Source of the DNA: an uncultured Sangeribacter sp.
GTDB lineage: Bacteria > Bacteroidota > Bacteroidia > Bacteroidales > Muribaculaceae
Direction of reading: 5' to 3'
DNA: 62,687 nucleotides
Assembly (NCBI GenBank): GCA_964452865.1
Contig: CAYVNJ010000001.1
Location: 1 to 62,687, forward strand
In this document: in pieces, positions 30,016 to 40,465 of the stretch
Layout: each line of letters begins with the position of its first letter
Position numbering within the stretch: the first letter of the stretch is position 1
Made by a program: the position numbers and the translations under genes
The notes under the pieces: generated by a model
The model's database searches: none
Seen by the model: only the letters and a program-made list of their open reading frames with translations
Told to the model about the DNA's origin: nothing

Positions 30016-30590
30016 TGTCCTGAAGAAAACTCCATTATTAATCTCTCAACCTTGCTGCATGTTTCGTCAAGATTGTCATTGACTATATCTTTGTCAAATT
30101 CTGCAGCATACGACATTTCTGTCTCTGCTTTACCGAGTCGTTTTTCAATAACCTCATCAGAGTCTGTGCCACGATTGCGGAGTCTTGCAGCGAGAATTTC
30201 GAGTGAGGGTGGCATCAGAAAAATCGAGAGAGCTTCTTTGCCGAAACGTTTTTTTACATTGATAGCTCCTTTCACGTCAATATCAAGTATCATATTATCT
30301 CCACTTGAGGTGATACGTTCTACTTCTGAAAGTAGTGTGCCGTAACATGTGCCGGCATATACTTCTTCCCATTCAAGAAATTTATTTTCTTTGACCATGG
30401 ATTCAAATTCGTGTGCCGACACGAAATAATAATCCTTACCGTTTATTTCGCCGTTCCGCGGCTTGCGGCTTGTGGCAGATACAGAGAATTTCAGACGAAG
30501 CTCAGGCTTTTCCATAAGCCTTTTGATTACAGTCGATTTACCTGTTCCGGACGGTGCTGAGATTATAATGATTTTTCCTTTTGGATGCAT
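30012..30590 (-). CDS. gmk: Guanylate kinase
   Basis: SAPSGTGKS, SATSRKPR.GE..GKDYYF, YGT, DIDVKGA. Confidence 0.96.
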   Translation of the reverse strand: MHPKGKIIIISAPSGTGKSTVIKRLMEKPELRLKFSVSATSRKPRNGEINGKDYYFVSAHEFESMVKENKFLEWEEVYAGTCYGTLLSEVERITSSGDNMILDIDVKGAINVKKRFGKEALSIFLMPPSLEILAARLRNRGTDSDEVIEKRLGKAETEMSYAAEFDKDIVNDNLDETCSKVERLIMEFSSGQ

Positions 30591-30605
30591 TTCGCTAATA
30601 AGAGT

Positions 30606-31478
30606 TTAGAGTACGTTGAGTACCTGTTCCTTGATTTGTTCAAGTTCGTCTTTCATCATTACTACTATCCGCTGCATGTCGGCATTGTTGGACTTAGACC
30701 CGAGCGTGTTGATTTCACGTCCCATTTCTTGAGCGATAAAGCCAAGTTTCTTTCCCTGTCCGGGTTCACCTTCCATAGTTTCGATGAAATAGTTCAGATG
30801 CGAGCGGAGACGGGTTTTTTCTTCTGTCACATCCAATTTTTCAATATAAAAAATCAATTCCTGTTCCAACCGGTTGTTGTCCGGTTCGATACCTTCAAGT
30901 TTGGCCAACTGCTCCTGAAGTTTTGAGCGTATTTTAGTCACTCTTTCATTTTCGAATGGTTCAACCTTTTCGAGCAGTGCAGCAATACTTGCTATTTTAG
31001 CAGAAAAAAATTCAGCAAGTTTAAGGCCTTCAGCCTTTCTGAACTCATTCAGCGCACTGAGTGCTTCACTGACGGCACTGCTTAGAGCGTTTATTTCGGC
31101 CTCTTCAACCGTATTCTGTGTCATTGACAACGATTCCGGCAGTCTAAGCAATGTTGAAAACCAATCAGCCGGTTGAGGAATGCCGAGTTGAGCAGCTGTT
31201 GAAGAAATCTGTTCCTTATATGCGGCAAGTGCCTGAGTGTTCAGTACCGCTCCAGTTTCTCCCGCTAAAGACTCGGTGACAATCACCATTTCTACCTTGC
31301 CTCTTGAGAGGGATGCCGATGCAAGGTTGCGCATGGGTATTTCATGTTCGCGAAGATAGGATGGCATCTTGACAAACAGGTCAAGTTGTTTTGAATTCAG
31401 ACTTTTTATTTCAACAGTCAGTTTCCTTTTCGATGTTTCGGCTGTGGCTCGGCCGAATCCCGTCATGGAGTATATCAT
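30606..31478 (-). CDS. yicC: YicC/YloC family endoribonuclease
   Basis: SMTGFG, EIKSLNSK.LD, GKKLGFI.QEMGREINTLGSK; upstream of gmk. Confidence 0.93.
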   Translation of the reverse strand: MIYSMTGFGRATAETSKRKLTVEIKSLNSKQLDLFVKMPSYLREHEIPMRNLASASLSRGKVEMVIVTESLAGETGAVLNTQALAAYKEQISSTAAQLGIPQPADWFSTLLRLPESLSMTQNTVEEAEINALSSAVSEALSALNEFRKAEGLKLAEFFSAKIASIAALLEKVEPFENERVTKIRSKLQEQLAKLEGIEPDNNRLEQELIFYIEKLDVTEEKTRLRSHLNYFIETMEGEPGQGKKLGFIAQEMGREINTLGSKSNNADMQRIVVMMKDELEQIKEQVLNVL

Positions 31479-31505
31479 CGTATAAATATGTTTTTTGCGT
31501 GACTA

Positions 31506-31537
31506 CAAAGGTAGTATATTCCTCTTAACCGAGCAAA
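31506..31537 (-). promoter_or_regulatory. Consensus promoter of yicC-gmk-nadD
   Basis: Minus strand TTTG-N20-TACCTTTG. Confidence 0.8.
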
Positions 31538-31646
31538 TCGTTGATTTCAGTCAATAAAAAACATAAGGGCGGCGACCTCTTTTGCCGTTTATGTGTTTAT
31601 ATATACATAGAGAACATGCAATATATAAATTAATACCACATACGAT

Positions 31647-33398
31647 ATGAGCAACGACGAGTTAGTGAAAACTTGTATGGCTAAAGCTGAAAAATGGCTG
31701 TCGCCGGAATATGATGAAACCACACGGGCTGAAGTGAAAGCAATGATGGAGGCTGATGATAAGACACCACTTATTGAGGCTTTCTATAAAGACCTTGAAT
31801 TCGGTACGGGTGGTTTGCGAGGAATCATGGGTGCGGGTACTAACCGCATGAATATCTATACCGTGGGTGCTGCCACCCAGGGTTTGGCAAATTATCTCAA
31901 CGATGCATTCAAAGGCTTGCCTGAGATAAGTGTCGTGATTGGTCATGACGTGCGTCACAATTCACGTAAGTTCGCAGAGATGGCCGCTGATATTTTCTCT
32001 GCCAACGGAATCAAGGTATATCTTTTTGACGATTGTCGCCCTACCCCGGAAATATCTTATGCTATCCGTAAATTAGGATGTCAGAGCGGAGTTGTGGTGA
32101 CAGCGAGCCATAATCCTAAAATCTACAATGGTTACAAGGCCTACTGGAGCGATGGCGCTCAGATGATAGCACCGCACGATGTCAAAACTATCGAATATGT
32201 CAACAAGATTACCGAAGTAAGTCAGATTAAGTTTACACCCAAGAAGGAACTTATAACTATCATCGGTAGCGATATGGACAATATGTTTCTCGAAGATGTG
32301 CTTAAACTGTCGCTGAGTCCAGATGCAATCAAGTGTCACAAAGACATGAAGATTGTCTATACACCTATCCACGGAACAGGCTCGATGCTGATTTTTGATT
32401 CTTTGGCCAATTTCGGATTTACCAACGTTATCCATGTGCCTGAGCAGGATGTGCGTGATGGCAACTTCCCCACCGTGGCATCTCCTAACCCGGAAGAACC
32501 GTCAGCCATGGCTATGGCTATCGGGAAGGCTCGCGAAGTAGGTGCTGATGTGATAGTCGCCTCCGACCCGGATGCAGACCGTATCGGTTTGGTAGTACGT
32601 GATAAGAAAGGTGAATATCAGTTGGTTAATGGCAATCAGATAGTGATGATATTCCTTTATTATCTCATTACACGCAATGTCGAACTCAAGATGCTGAATG
32701 GTTCGGAGTATTGTGTGAAAACTATTGTTACTACTGAAACCATACGTCGTATTGCTGATGCCAACAATATAAAGTGTTTTGACTGCTATACCGGTTTCAA
32801 ATGGATTGCCGATGTAATGCGCAATAATGAGGCTACCATGCGTTATCTTGGAGGTGGTGAAGAAAGCTACGGCTTCCTGGCGGAAGATTTCGTGCGAGAT
32901 AAAGATGCTGTTTCCGCAATTTCACTCATGTGTGAAATTGCAGCGTGGGCAGCTGACCGAGGGCAAAATCTATATGAAATGCTCATTGATATCTACGTTA
33001 AATATGGTTTCTCACGCGAACGTGGTGTAAGTATAGTTCGTCCTGGCAAGTCGGGTGCAGACGAGATTGTAGAAATGATGCGTTCTTTCCGCAGCAATCC
33101 ACCTGCAACACTTGGAGGTTCACCCGTGACAGCAGTGAAGGATTACCTCGATTTGAATTTTACCGACCTTAAGACAGGCAACGTGGAAAAACTGAATTTC
33201 CCGACAACTTCAAACGTATTGCAGTTCTTCACCGAACAGGGTGATAAGGTTTCTATCCGTCCGTCCGGAACAGAACCAAAGATTAAGTTCTACATTGAAG
33301 TTCGCGAAGATATGAAGTCGGCATCTGACTATGAAGACACTGTTGAGAAAGCAGAGAAACGTATTGACGCGATACTTTCTGATTTAGGAGCTAAATAA
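31647..33398 (+). CDS. pgm: Phosphoglucomutase / phosphomannomutase
   Basis: FGTGGLRG, TASHNP phosphoserine loop, DPDADR, GEESYG, RPSGTEPKIK. Confidence 0.93.
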   Translation: MSNDELVKTCMAKAEKWLSPEYDETTRAEVKAMMEADDKTPLIEAFYKDLEFGTGGLRGIMGAGTNRMNIYTVGAATQGLANYLNDAFKGLPEISVVIGHDVRHNSRKFAEMAADIFSANGIKVYLFDDCRPTPEISYAIRKLGCQSGVVVTASHNPKIYNGYKAYWSDGAQMIAPHDVKTIEYVNKITEVSQIKFTPKKELITIIGSDMDNMFLEDVLKLSLSPDAIKCHKDMKIVYTPIHGTGSMLIFDSLANFGFTNVIHVPEQDVRDGNFPTVASPNPEEPSAMAMAIGKAREVGADVIVASDPDADRIGLVVRDKKGEYQLVNGNQIVMIFLYYLITRNVELKMLNGSEYCVKTIVTTETIRRIADANNIKCFDCYTGFKWIADVMRNNEATMRYLGGGEESYGFLAEDFVRDKDAVSAISLMCEIAAWAADRGQNLYEMLIDIYVKYGFSRERGVSIVRPGKSGADEIVEMMRSFRSNPPATLGGSPVTAVKDYLDLNFTDLKTGNVEKLNFPTTSNVLQFFTEQGDKVSIRPSGTEPKIKFYIEVREDMKSASDYEDTVEKAEKRIDAILSDLGAK

Positions 33399-33422
33399 TT
33401 GTCGATATCAATATATTTTGAT

Positions 33423-33457
33423 AGAGTCGGAGCTGTTTGTCAGTTCCGGCTCTTTTT
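33423..33457 (+). terminator. Intrinsic terminator after pgm
   Basis: AGAGTCGGAGCTG-TTTGT-CAGTTCCGGCTCT stem (with G-U pairs) followed by TTTT. Confidence 0.75.
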
Positions 33458-33458
33458 A

Positions 33459-36059
33459 TCAGAAAGTGAAGTGTACGTTGATACGAAGCCCACTTTTGTC
33501 AGTGTTGGGAGCATTGCGGTATGTCAGTCTCCATACATAATCCAACCGTAGGAATGTGAAAATATTATCGAGTCCCACACCGGCCTCCATGTAAGGGAGT
33601 CCGTGCATCTCTCCGACATGTGCGTCGTATGGAAACCTATATAGTTCGTTGCAGTATTCGGGGTTGTTTTTTCGTGACAGATGACTCAATAGTCCGCGGA
33701 ATGACACTACTTCACGCAGTTTAAGTTTTTTAATCAAAGGTATCCTGTTCAGTATAGCACCATTTATCCAATAAGTCACATCCCATGAAGCGTATGAATC
33801 GGCAGCGAATTCCATTGCATTGAGCAAGGGGTATGTTTCAGGCTGAATGGTGAAAGACAGATTTGCATTAGGCCACATCAACTCAGGATATTGTACCCTG
33901 CTCCATATCTTACCACCTTTGCATATTATGTCGATACATCCGAAAGCCGAAAGCCAGAAACGTTTGCTAACGGATATTTCTGTTTTATTGGTGGTGAATG
34001 AAGCACCGAGCATGCCTTTCGGGCCGTATTCATGTTTAATCATTATAATGGGTGCGTCAAAATTGACTCTGCGTCGTGAATTGACCGACTGCACGAATTT
34101 TTCGCCTGGTGCAAACCTAATCATAGCCGTAAAAGCAGAGGTATTGTAATGATTGAATAGATTTCCATAGCCGTTCTCAAATGGAAGCCAACGGGTTGCA
34201 TCCTGACGCTCTTGTTTGACGCCGGCCTCAAACGACCAACCTGACATGCGCTCGAGACGGTAGACCAAGGATGTGTGGCGATGATATGTGATGAGGTCGG
34301 CCGGTTGACGCTTTAGTGAGAGGAAGAAGTTGTCCGAACCTATTGACAGAGAGTTTTCGCCTATATGGTTGATATCGTAGCTATGGCGCAGTTTGAAACC
34401 GTTGACCGGAAATTCAAAAGGATGATATTTTTTGCGAGTCAGAGAGTAATCAATTTCTGCATTATATTTCCATTTGTGGTCATGGAAACCGTATGCCACA
34501 TATCCTCTGAAAAAGATATGAGGATTAAGATTAGCCGTAGTCAGACCACCGAAACGCAAACGTAGTCCTTCAGCCGAATTGTAACTGACGAAATTGTTGA
34601 TTGTTCCGATGTCGAATTTGCTGTGTTTCCCGGTTTTAATATAACCGGACACCAATAATTTGATGACTTTTACTGTCCAGAAATAGACAGGCTGTCTTAC
34701 GAGTTTTGCAGCCAGTGATTCCATTCTTGAACCGTCGATACCGGGAATATCTTTAGATATCATCTCCCAGTATTTATTGTCGGCCAAAGTGGCATTTTCT
34801 GTCATGAATGTTTTGCCTTCTTTGGAATAGAAAGATGAATAAGTGGAGTCTGCTTTGTCGGAAAAATTGGAATTGCGTGTCTGCCGACGGCCGTATATTC
34901 CTTGTGTCCCCGGTAGCAGCTCGAATTCTACTGTCATGTCGTCGCTAACTTTATGACGTTTTTTGTTCACATCTTGAATAAAGTCCTGAACGAGATACAT
35001 GTTTTTGACATAGTTGAGATTGATATCCCGGGGAACGGTCATGACAATTTTACGTATAAAACCGGTCGTATCTCCCATGGGCACATACATGCGTCCGTTG
35101 AAACCGAATGTCTGCTTATTGCGGGGAGTAAACGTCAGTTCGACATGTTTTACTCCTTGAATTGGTATGGTGTCAGTAATATAATACTTATAGAAATCTG
35201 CCCCTATAACCGATAATGGACTGACAAACCGGGTTTGCATGATAGCAATGTCGTTAGAATAGACATCAATCTCACGAAACAAGTCTTCTACAAAAGCCTG
35301 AACATTGTCGTCTTCCAGACTCTCTTCTACTCCTCGGCGTCTTGAACCCGTGATAATCTCTTTTTCGGCTTTAGGTTTGTTTCTGAATATCTGCCGGACA
35401 CCTTTCTCTTTTACAGAAATAGGGAGAATAGGTTTGCCTGATACGTCTGACGTATCGACATAATCATATATGAACTTAAATTTTTTGTTGAGCCATCCTT
35501 TACCATTATCCGGTTTGAAATCGTTTAATGCCAATGTGATTTTCTCATACTGGTCGAAATTGTAGTAATCATCTGTATAGGGATTGCCTTGGTTGTGAGC
35601 ATGCCTTATGCGTTGCATCAGTTCAACGGCAGGATTGTTCTTCTTTGTGTACTTTTGTTTTTTAGGGGTGACTATAACTTCATCCAAAAGATTATCCGAC
35701 GGAGAGATATAAATCTGCATATCAGTATTATCTCCAGGCATCAGGTCGATTTTTTTACGTATAAATCCTTCGGAAGTAACGAATATGGAATGGTCGGAAG
35801 CCTTAAGGGGTATGTAGAACCTTCCATCCTTGCCTGCATGTCTCGCTTTTTTGGAATTATTGATGTAAATATTGGCTAACGGTATCGGTTCGCGGGTGAT
35901 AGAATCATAGACAATACCTCCAGCAAACCTTGATGCCGGAGCAGCAGTTGCTTCAGTCCCCACAATTGCAGCAAATAAAAATATCACCGCTACAAACCAA
36001 GTGTAGAGGTAGGATGACTTGTGAATTATTGTGTCAAATATTACTTTTGTAGACAACAT
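33459..36059 (-). CDS. Outer-membrane protein with carboxypeptidase-regulatory-like N-domain and DUF5686-like barrel
   Basis: Signal-like hydrophobic segment, G.VYDSITREPIPLANI, LDEVIV..KK..Y.KKNNPAVELM, C-terminal beta-signal INVHFTF; start uncertain. Confidence 0.75.
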   Translation of the reverse strand: MLSTKVIFDTIIHKSSYLYTWFVAVIFLFAAIVGTEATAAPASRFAGGIVYDSITREPIPLANIYINNSKKARHAGKDGRFYIPLKASDHSIFVTSEGFIRKKIDLMPGDNTDMQIYISPSDNLLDEVIVTPKKQKYTKKNNPAVELMQRIRHAHNQGNPYTDDYYNFDQYEKITLALNDFKPDNGKGWLNKKFKFIYDYVDTSDVSGKPILPISVKEKGVRQIFRNKPKAEKEIITGSRRRGVEESLEDDNVQAFVEDLFREIDVYSNDIAIMQTRFVSPLSVIGADFYKYYITDTIPIQGVKHVELTFTPRNKQTFGFNGRMYVPMGDTTGFIRKIVMTVPRDINLNYVKNMYLVQDFIQDVNKKRHKVSDDMTVEFELLPGTQGIYGRRQTRNSNFSDKADSTYSSFYSKEGKTFMTENATLADNKYWEMISKDIPGIDGSRMESLAAKLVRQPVYFWTVKVIKLLVSGYIKTGKHSKFDIGTINNFVSYNSAEGLRLRFGGLTTANLNPHIFFRGYVAYGFHDHKWKYNAEIDYSLTRKKYHPFEFPVNGFKLRHSYDINHIGENSLSIGSDNFFLSLKRQPADLITYHRHTSLVYRLERMSGWSFEAGVKQERQDATRWLPFENGYGNLFNHYNTSAFTAMIRFAPGEKFVQSVNSRRRVNFDAPIIMIKHEYGPKGMLGASFTTNKTEISVSKRFWLSAFGCIDIICKGGKIWSRVQYPELMWPNANLSFTIQPETYPLLNAMEFAADSYASWDVTYWINGAILNRIPLIKKLKLREVVSFRGLLSHLSRKNNPEYCNELYRFPYDAHVGEMHGLPYMEAGVGLDNIFTFLRLDYVWRLTYRNAPNTDKSGLRINVHFTF

Positions 36060-36111
36060 AATGCCTGCCTGGAAAACGGGTAGCGGCACAAATTTAGTAA
36101 AAAACTGATAT

Positions 36112-36552
36112 ATGGCTAAAGAGATTGAACATAAATACCTCGTAACGTCGGATGAGTATATCCGTCTTGCCAGCGAAAAACATCATATCCGGCAGGGGTA
36201 TCTGTCAAGAAATCCCGAGCATATCGTTAGGGTTAGAGTTGTTGACATGCAAGGTTTTATCACTATCAAAGGTAAAACTTCGGGTGATACGAGGGAGGAG
36301 TTTGAATACGAAATTCCGGTTGATGACGCTATTAAAATGCTGCTGATGTGTGAGGGGCGAATAATAGAGAAAAAACGGTTTATTGTTGAGTATGCAGGTC
36401 ATATATGGGAAATTGATAAGTTTGAAGGGGAACTTTTTCCATTGGTACTTGCTGAGATTGAATTGCCGACATCTTCGCACGACTACCCTCTTCCGGCTTT
36501 CGTTGGCAAGGAAGTCACGGACAATCCGGCATATTTTAATTCCAACCTTTGA
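36112..36552 (+). CDS. CYTH domain protein (triphosphate tunnel metalloenzyme)
   Basis: EIEHKY, IRQGYL, REEFEY, WEID.F, LAEIEL. Confidence 0.92.
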   Translation: MAKEIEHKYLVTSDEYIRLASEKHHIRQGYLSRNPEHIVRVRVVDMQGFITIKGKTSGDTREEFEYEIPVDDAIKMLLMCEGRIIEKKRFIVEYAGHIWEIDKFEGELFPLVLAEIELPTSSHDYPLPAFVGKEVTDNPAYFNSNL

Positions 36553-36665
36553 TTCTATTCAAAATATTGTAAAAAGTGGATGGATTATTGGCCGAGAAAT
36601 TCAAAAACAATGATTAAATTTGGGGCTGATTTATTGATGCGTTCGGAAGCATTGAGATTTAATAA

Positions 36666-37229
36666 ATGGAAGAAGATATAAAGAAAGCATTGGCCGTATT
36701 GCGCAATGGTGGCGTAATTCTCTATCCCACAGATACTGTATGGGGATTGGGATGTGATGCTACCAACAGCGATGCGGTCGACAGGATATATAAAATCAAG
36801 GAGCGTTGCGACAATAAAGCTATGCTGAGCCTCGTGCCGTCAGTAGCTATGTTGGAACGCTGTGTGGGAGAATTGCCTGAAATAGCAGAACAGTTGATTG
36901 ATGTGGCGGTTAGGCCGCTGACTATAGTTTATGACAATGTAAAAGGGCTTGCATCAAATCTTATAGCGGCAGACGGAAGTGCCGGTATAAGACTGACATC
37001 AGAACTTTTCTCAAAAGAGCTTTGCAGCAGGTTTGGTCGTCCTGTTGTGTCGACCTCGGCCAACAAAAGCGGAATGCCTACACCGATTGTATTCAAGGAA
37101 ATTGATGCAGATATTGTTAATAGTGCCGACTATGTCGTAAACTACAGACAGGACGATATGTCGGAATACGAACCGTCTTCGGTAATAAAACTTTCGGCGG
37201 ACGGAACATTTAAGATATTGCGGGGGTGA
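36666..37229 (+). CDS. tsaC: L-threonylcarbamoyladenylate synthase (Sua5/YrdC family)
   Basis: YPTDTVWGLGCD, IYKIKER, STSANKSG. Confidence 0.9.
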   Translation: MEEDIKKALAVLRNGGVILYPTDTVWGLGCDATNSDAVDRIYKIKERCDNKAMLSLVPSVAMLERCVGELPEIAEQLIDVAVRPLTIVYDNVKGLASNLIAADGSAGIRLTSELFSKELCSRFGRPVVSTSANKSGMPTPIVFKEIDADIVNSADYVVNYRQDDMSEYEPSSVIKLSADGTFKILRG

Positions 37230-38647
37230 TAACGGAGAAGAAGCAGAGAGTCATTTATGCGGCAACCGATGTTGTGAGCTCCGGTATCGGATTTTTTGTT
37301 TTCGATATCTTGCGTTATGAGTTGGTTGTGCGTAAGTTTGCACGACCATATTCCATTGAAGATTTTCTGTGTAGTCCTACCATAGTGGCAGAACAATTAC
37401 TCCTTCCTTTCTTCCTGCTTGTGATTTATTATCTGTCAGGATATTATAACAAGCCCTTCGGCAAGTCGAGATTGCATGAATGCCTCGTAACGGTAGGTTC
37501 TGTGGCCGTAAGCACATTGCTTATTTATTTTGCTATGTTAATTAACGACCGCGCTGGTGTCAGAGCCGATGACTATGAAGTATTGTTTGCCCTCTTCCTT
37601 TCACTGTTTGTCTTTACATATTGTGGCCGGCTTATCGTGACATGGCGCTCCCTTTCAAAGGTAAGGAAAGGCAAATGGAAATTTAATGTGGTGGTTGTCG
37701 GTAATTCGGAACGGGCGCATACGCTCGGACGTAGTCTTGAGAATGGCAGGGTATCCACAGGATATAACGTAGTTGGTTTTACTGATATTCCTGACGAAAG
37801 TGATGATGTCAGAACAGAAAAATATCCATTGATTTCAATTGATAATCTTGCCAGGTTTTGCAAAGAAAATGATGTGAAGCATCTTTTCGTAGTACCGGAG
37901 AAATATGATGCTCGGCATCTCCTCGGCATTTTAGACAAATTGTTTCCGCTAAATCTACCTGTTAAAATTGCTCCCGATACATTGTCTTTTCTAACGTCCG
38001 GCATACGGCATCAAAGTATATATGGAGAGCCTTTTATTGATTTGACTTCTCCTGGTGTCGGTGAATCGACAAAAAATATCAAACGAGCCATAGACGTGTT
38101 GGTGTCCGGACTATCCCTCCTTCTGCTTAGTGTACCTATGGCCGTAACCGCTTTGATTGTTAGGCTTGATTCTCCAGGACCGGTGTTCTATCGTCAACGC
38201 CGAATAGGATATAGACGCAGACCATTCAATATTATAAAGTTCCGCACTATGTGTGCTGATGCAGAAGCTGCCGGTCCGCGTCTTTCGTCGGATAACGACC
38301 CCCGTATTACCCGTATAGGAAAAACATTGCGAAAGTACAGGATAGATGAACTTCCTCAGTTTTGGAATGTCCTTAAGGGCGACATGTCGCTTGTAGGTCC
38401 ACGTCCGGAACGTGATTTCTTCATACAGAAAATAGTAGAACAAGCTCCATATTATACCCTTGTACATCAGGTCCGACCCGGTATAACCTCATGGGGAATG
38501 GTGAAATATGGCTATGCCCAGTCGGTGGACGAAATGGTGGCAAGGTTGAACTATGATTTGGTTTATCTATCGAACATGTCGTTGCTTGTCGATTTCAAGA
38601 TACTCATTCACACAATTAAGACAGTTGTCACCGGAAAAGGAGTGTAG
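37226..38647 (+). CDS. Polyprenyl-phosphate priming glycosyltransferase (WcaJ/WbaP-like)
   Basis: Four N-terminal TMs, Rossmann-like middle, KRAID, KFRTM, DELPQFWNVLKGDMSLVGPRPE, RPGIT. Confidence 0.92.
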   Translation: MITEKKQRVIYAATDVVSSGIGFFVFDILRYELVVRKFARPYSIEDFLCSPTIVAEQLLLPFFLLVIYYLSGYYNKPFGKSRLHECLVTVGSVAVSTLLIYFAMLINDRAGVRADDYEVLFALFLSLFVFTYCGRLIVTWRSLSKVRKGKWKFNVVVVGNSERAHTLGRSLENGRVSTGYNVVGFTDIPDESDDVRTEKYPLISIDNLARFCKENDVKHLFVVPEKYDARHLLGILDKLFPLNLPVKIAPDTLSFLTSGIRHQSIYGEPFIDLTSPGVGESTKNIKRAIDVLVSGLSLLLLSVPMAVTALIVRLDSPGPVFYRQRRIGYRRRPFNIIKFRTMCADAEAAGPRLSSDNDPRITRIGKTLRKYRIDELPQFWNVLKGDMSLVGPRPERDFFIQKIVEQAPYYTLVHQVRPGITSWGMVKYGYAQSVDEMVARLNYDLVYLSNMSLLVDFKILIHTIKTVVTGKGV

Positions 38648-38649
38648 AT

Positions 38650-40449
38650 ATGGCATATAAGGAGCACGACAATAAGATAACACGATTCTGGCTGAAGGTC
38701 GTCAGCTGGCGAGAAAAGTATATTAAAGAGAAGAATTTCATAATTATTCTGGCTCTTGTAATAGGTGTGCTATGTGGATTTGCTGCAATGTTGCTCAAAT
38801 GGTTCATTCATATTATCCAACATGCTCTGACCCAAAATTTAAGTACTACGTCGGCCAACTATCTATATCTGATTTATCCGGTAGTAGGCATAATAATCGT
38901 GACTTTGTTTGTGAGATATGTAGTTAAGGATAATATTTCGCACGGAGTCACACGTGTGTTGTATGCCATATCGCAGCGTAAATCACGATTAAAAAAGCGC
39001 AACATGTATGCATCACTGATAGCGTCGTCGATAACAATTGGCTTCGGTGGTTCTGTCGGTGCAGAAGGTCCGATAGTGTTTACAGGCGCGGCAATAGGTT
39101 CAAATGTAGGTCAGGCGTTCCGTTTGTCTGCTCGCACATTGATGATACTTGTAGGATGTGGAGCAGCCGCCGGTATTGCCGGTATATTCCGTGCTCCTAT
39201 AGCGGGAATGCTTTTCACCCTCGAAGTACTGATGCTTGATTTGACAGGTGCCACGGTGATGCCATTGCTCATTTCATCAATTACGGGTGCCACGGTAGCC
39301 TACATTGCGGAGGGTTATACAGCTGAGTTTTTCTTTATGCAGAGTGAGCCGTTCAGTACCCATAAAATACCGTATGCCATTCTGCTGGGAATATGCTGCG
39401 GATTTGTATCGTTGTATTTCACCCGCATGATGATAATGATGGAAAACGCTTTCAAGAAGATGCACAAAAGCTGGGTGCGCATTGCTGTTGGCGGCTCGTT
39501 GATTGCGCTGCTGGTTTTCCTTTTCCCTCCGCTGTATGGCGAAGGTTATACGTCAATCAATAATCTTTTGCTCGGCGATACATCATCTATTGTCAATGGT
39601 ACACTTTTCTATGTAGACCGCAATTCTGCATGGTTCATCGCAGTGTTTATTTTGATGCTTGTCCTTCTGAAAGCATTTGCTACAAGTGCCACCAACGGAG
39701 CTGGCGGTGTGGGTGGTACATTCGCGCCTTCACTGTATGTGGGCGCGATGTTAGGTTTTCTATTTGCCTATGTGCTAAATTTGCTTGACATAGGGATTGA
39801 TATTTCTACTAAGAATTTTGCTTTGATTGGGATGGCCGGTGTGATGGCCGGCGTAATGCATGCTCCACTGATGGCTATCTTCCTCACCGCCGAAATGACT
39901 GGTGGATATGACTTGTTCTTGCCATTACTGATTGTCTCGACCTTATCCTATGGTACAATCAGGATTTTTGAGCCGTACAGCATATATACGATGCGTCTGG
40001 CAAAGACAGGTGAACTTCTTACCCACCAGAAAGACAAGGCTGTGCTGACACTGCTAAAGACTGAAAATGTAATTGAAAAGGATTTCAAGACCGTACGTCC
40101 TGATATGAATCTGAAGGAGATGGTCGATGTGATTGCACGCTCAAGTCGTAATCTTTTTCCTGTAGTGGCGGAAAATGGCGACCTGATTGGTGTAGTTTCT
40201 CTTGATGACATACGCAATATCATGTTCCGTGCTGATTTGTACAAGAAAATGCATGTCCGTAAGTTTATGGCTATGCCGCCGGAGAGAATCAATATCGATG
40301 ACCCCATGGATGTCGTCATGCATAAATTTGACACTACAAATGCATGGAATTTGCCTGTCGTAGAAGACGGCAGATATGTGGGCTTCGTATCTAAATCTAA
40401 AATTTTTACATCGTATCGCAGGGTGCTTCGGCATTACTGCGATGATTAA
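38650..40449 (+). CDS. ClC chloride channel / H+:Cl- antiporter with tandem CBS domains
   Basis: GGSVGAEGP, GGVGGTFAPSL, two C-terminal CBS domains. Confidence 0.93.
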   Translation: MAYKEHDNKITRFWLKVVSWREKYIKEKNFIIILALVIGVLCGFAAMLLKWFIHIIQHALTQNLSTTSANYLYLIYPVVGIIIVTLFVRYVVKDNISHGVTRVLYAISQRKSRLKKRNMYASLIASSITIGFGGSVGAEGPIVFTGAAIGSNVGQAFRLSARTLMILVGCGAAAGIAGIFRAPIAGMLFTLEVLMLDLTGATVMPLLISSITGATVAYIAEGYTAEFFFMQSEPFSTHKIPYAILLGICCGFVSLYFTRMMIMMENAFKKMHKSWVRIAVGGSLIALLVFLFPPLYGEGYTSINNLLLGDTSSIVNGTLFYVDRNSAWFIAVFILMLVLLKAFATSATNGAGGVGGTFAPSLYVGAMLGFLFAYVLNLLDIGIDISTKNFALIGMAGVMAGVMHAPLMAIFLTAEMTGGYDLFLPLLIVSTLSYGTIRIFEPYSIYTMRLAKTGELLTHQKDKAVLTLLKTENVIEKDFKTVRPDMNLKEMVDVIARSSRNLFPVVAENGDLIGVVSLDDIRNIMFRADLYKKMHVRKFMAMPPERINIDDPMDVVMHKFDTTNAWNLPVVEDGRYVGFVSKSKIFTSYRRVLRHYCDD

Positions 40450-40465
40450 TACACGTAAGACCGAT

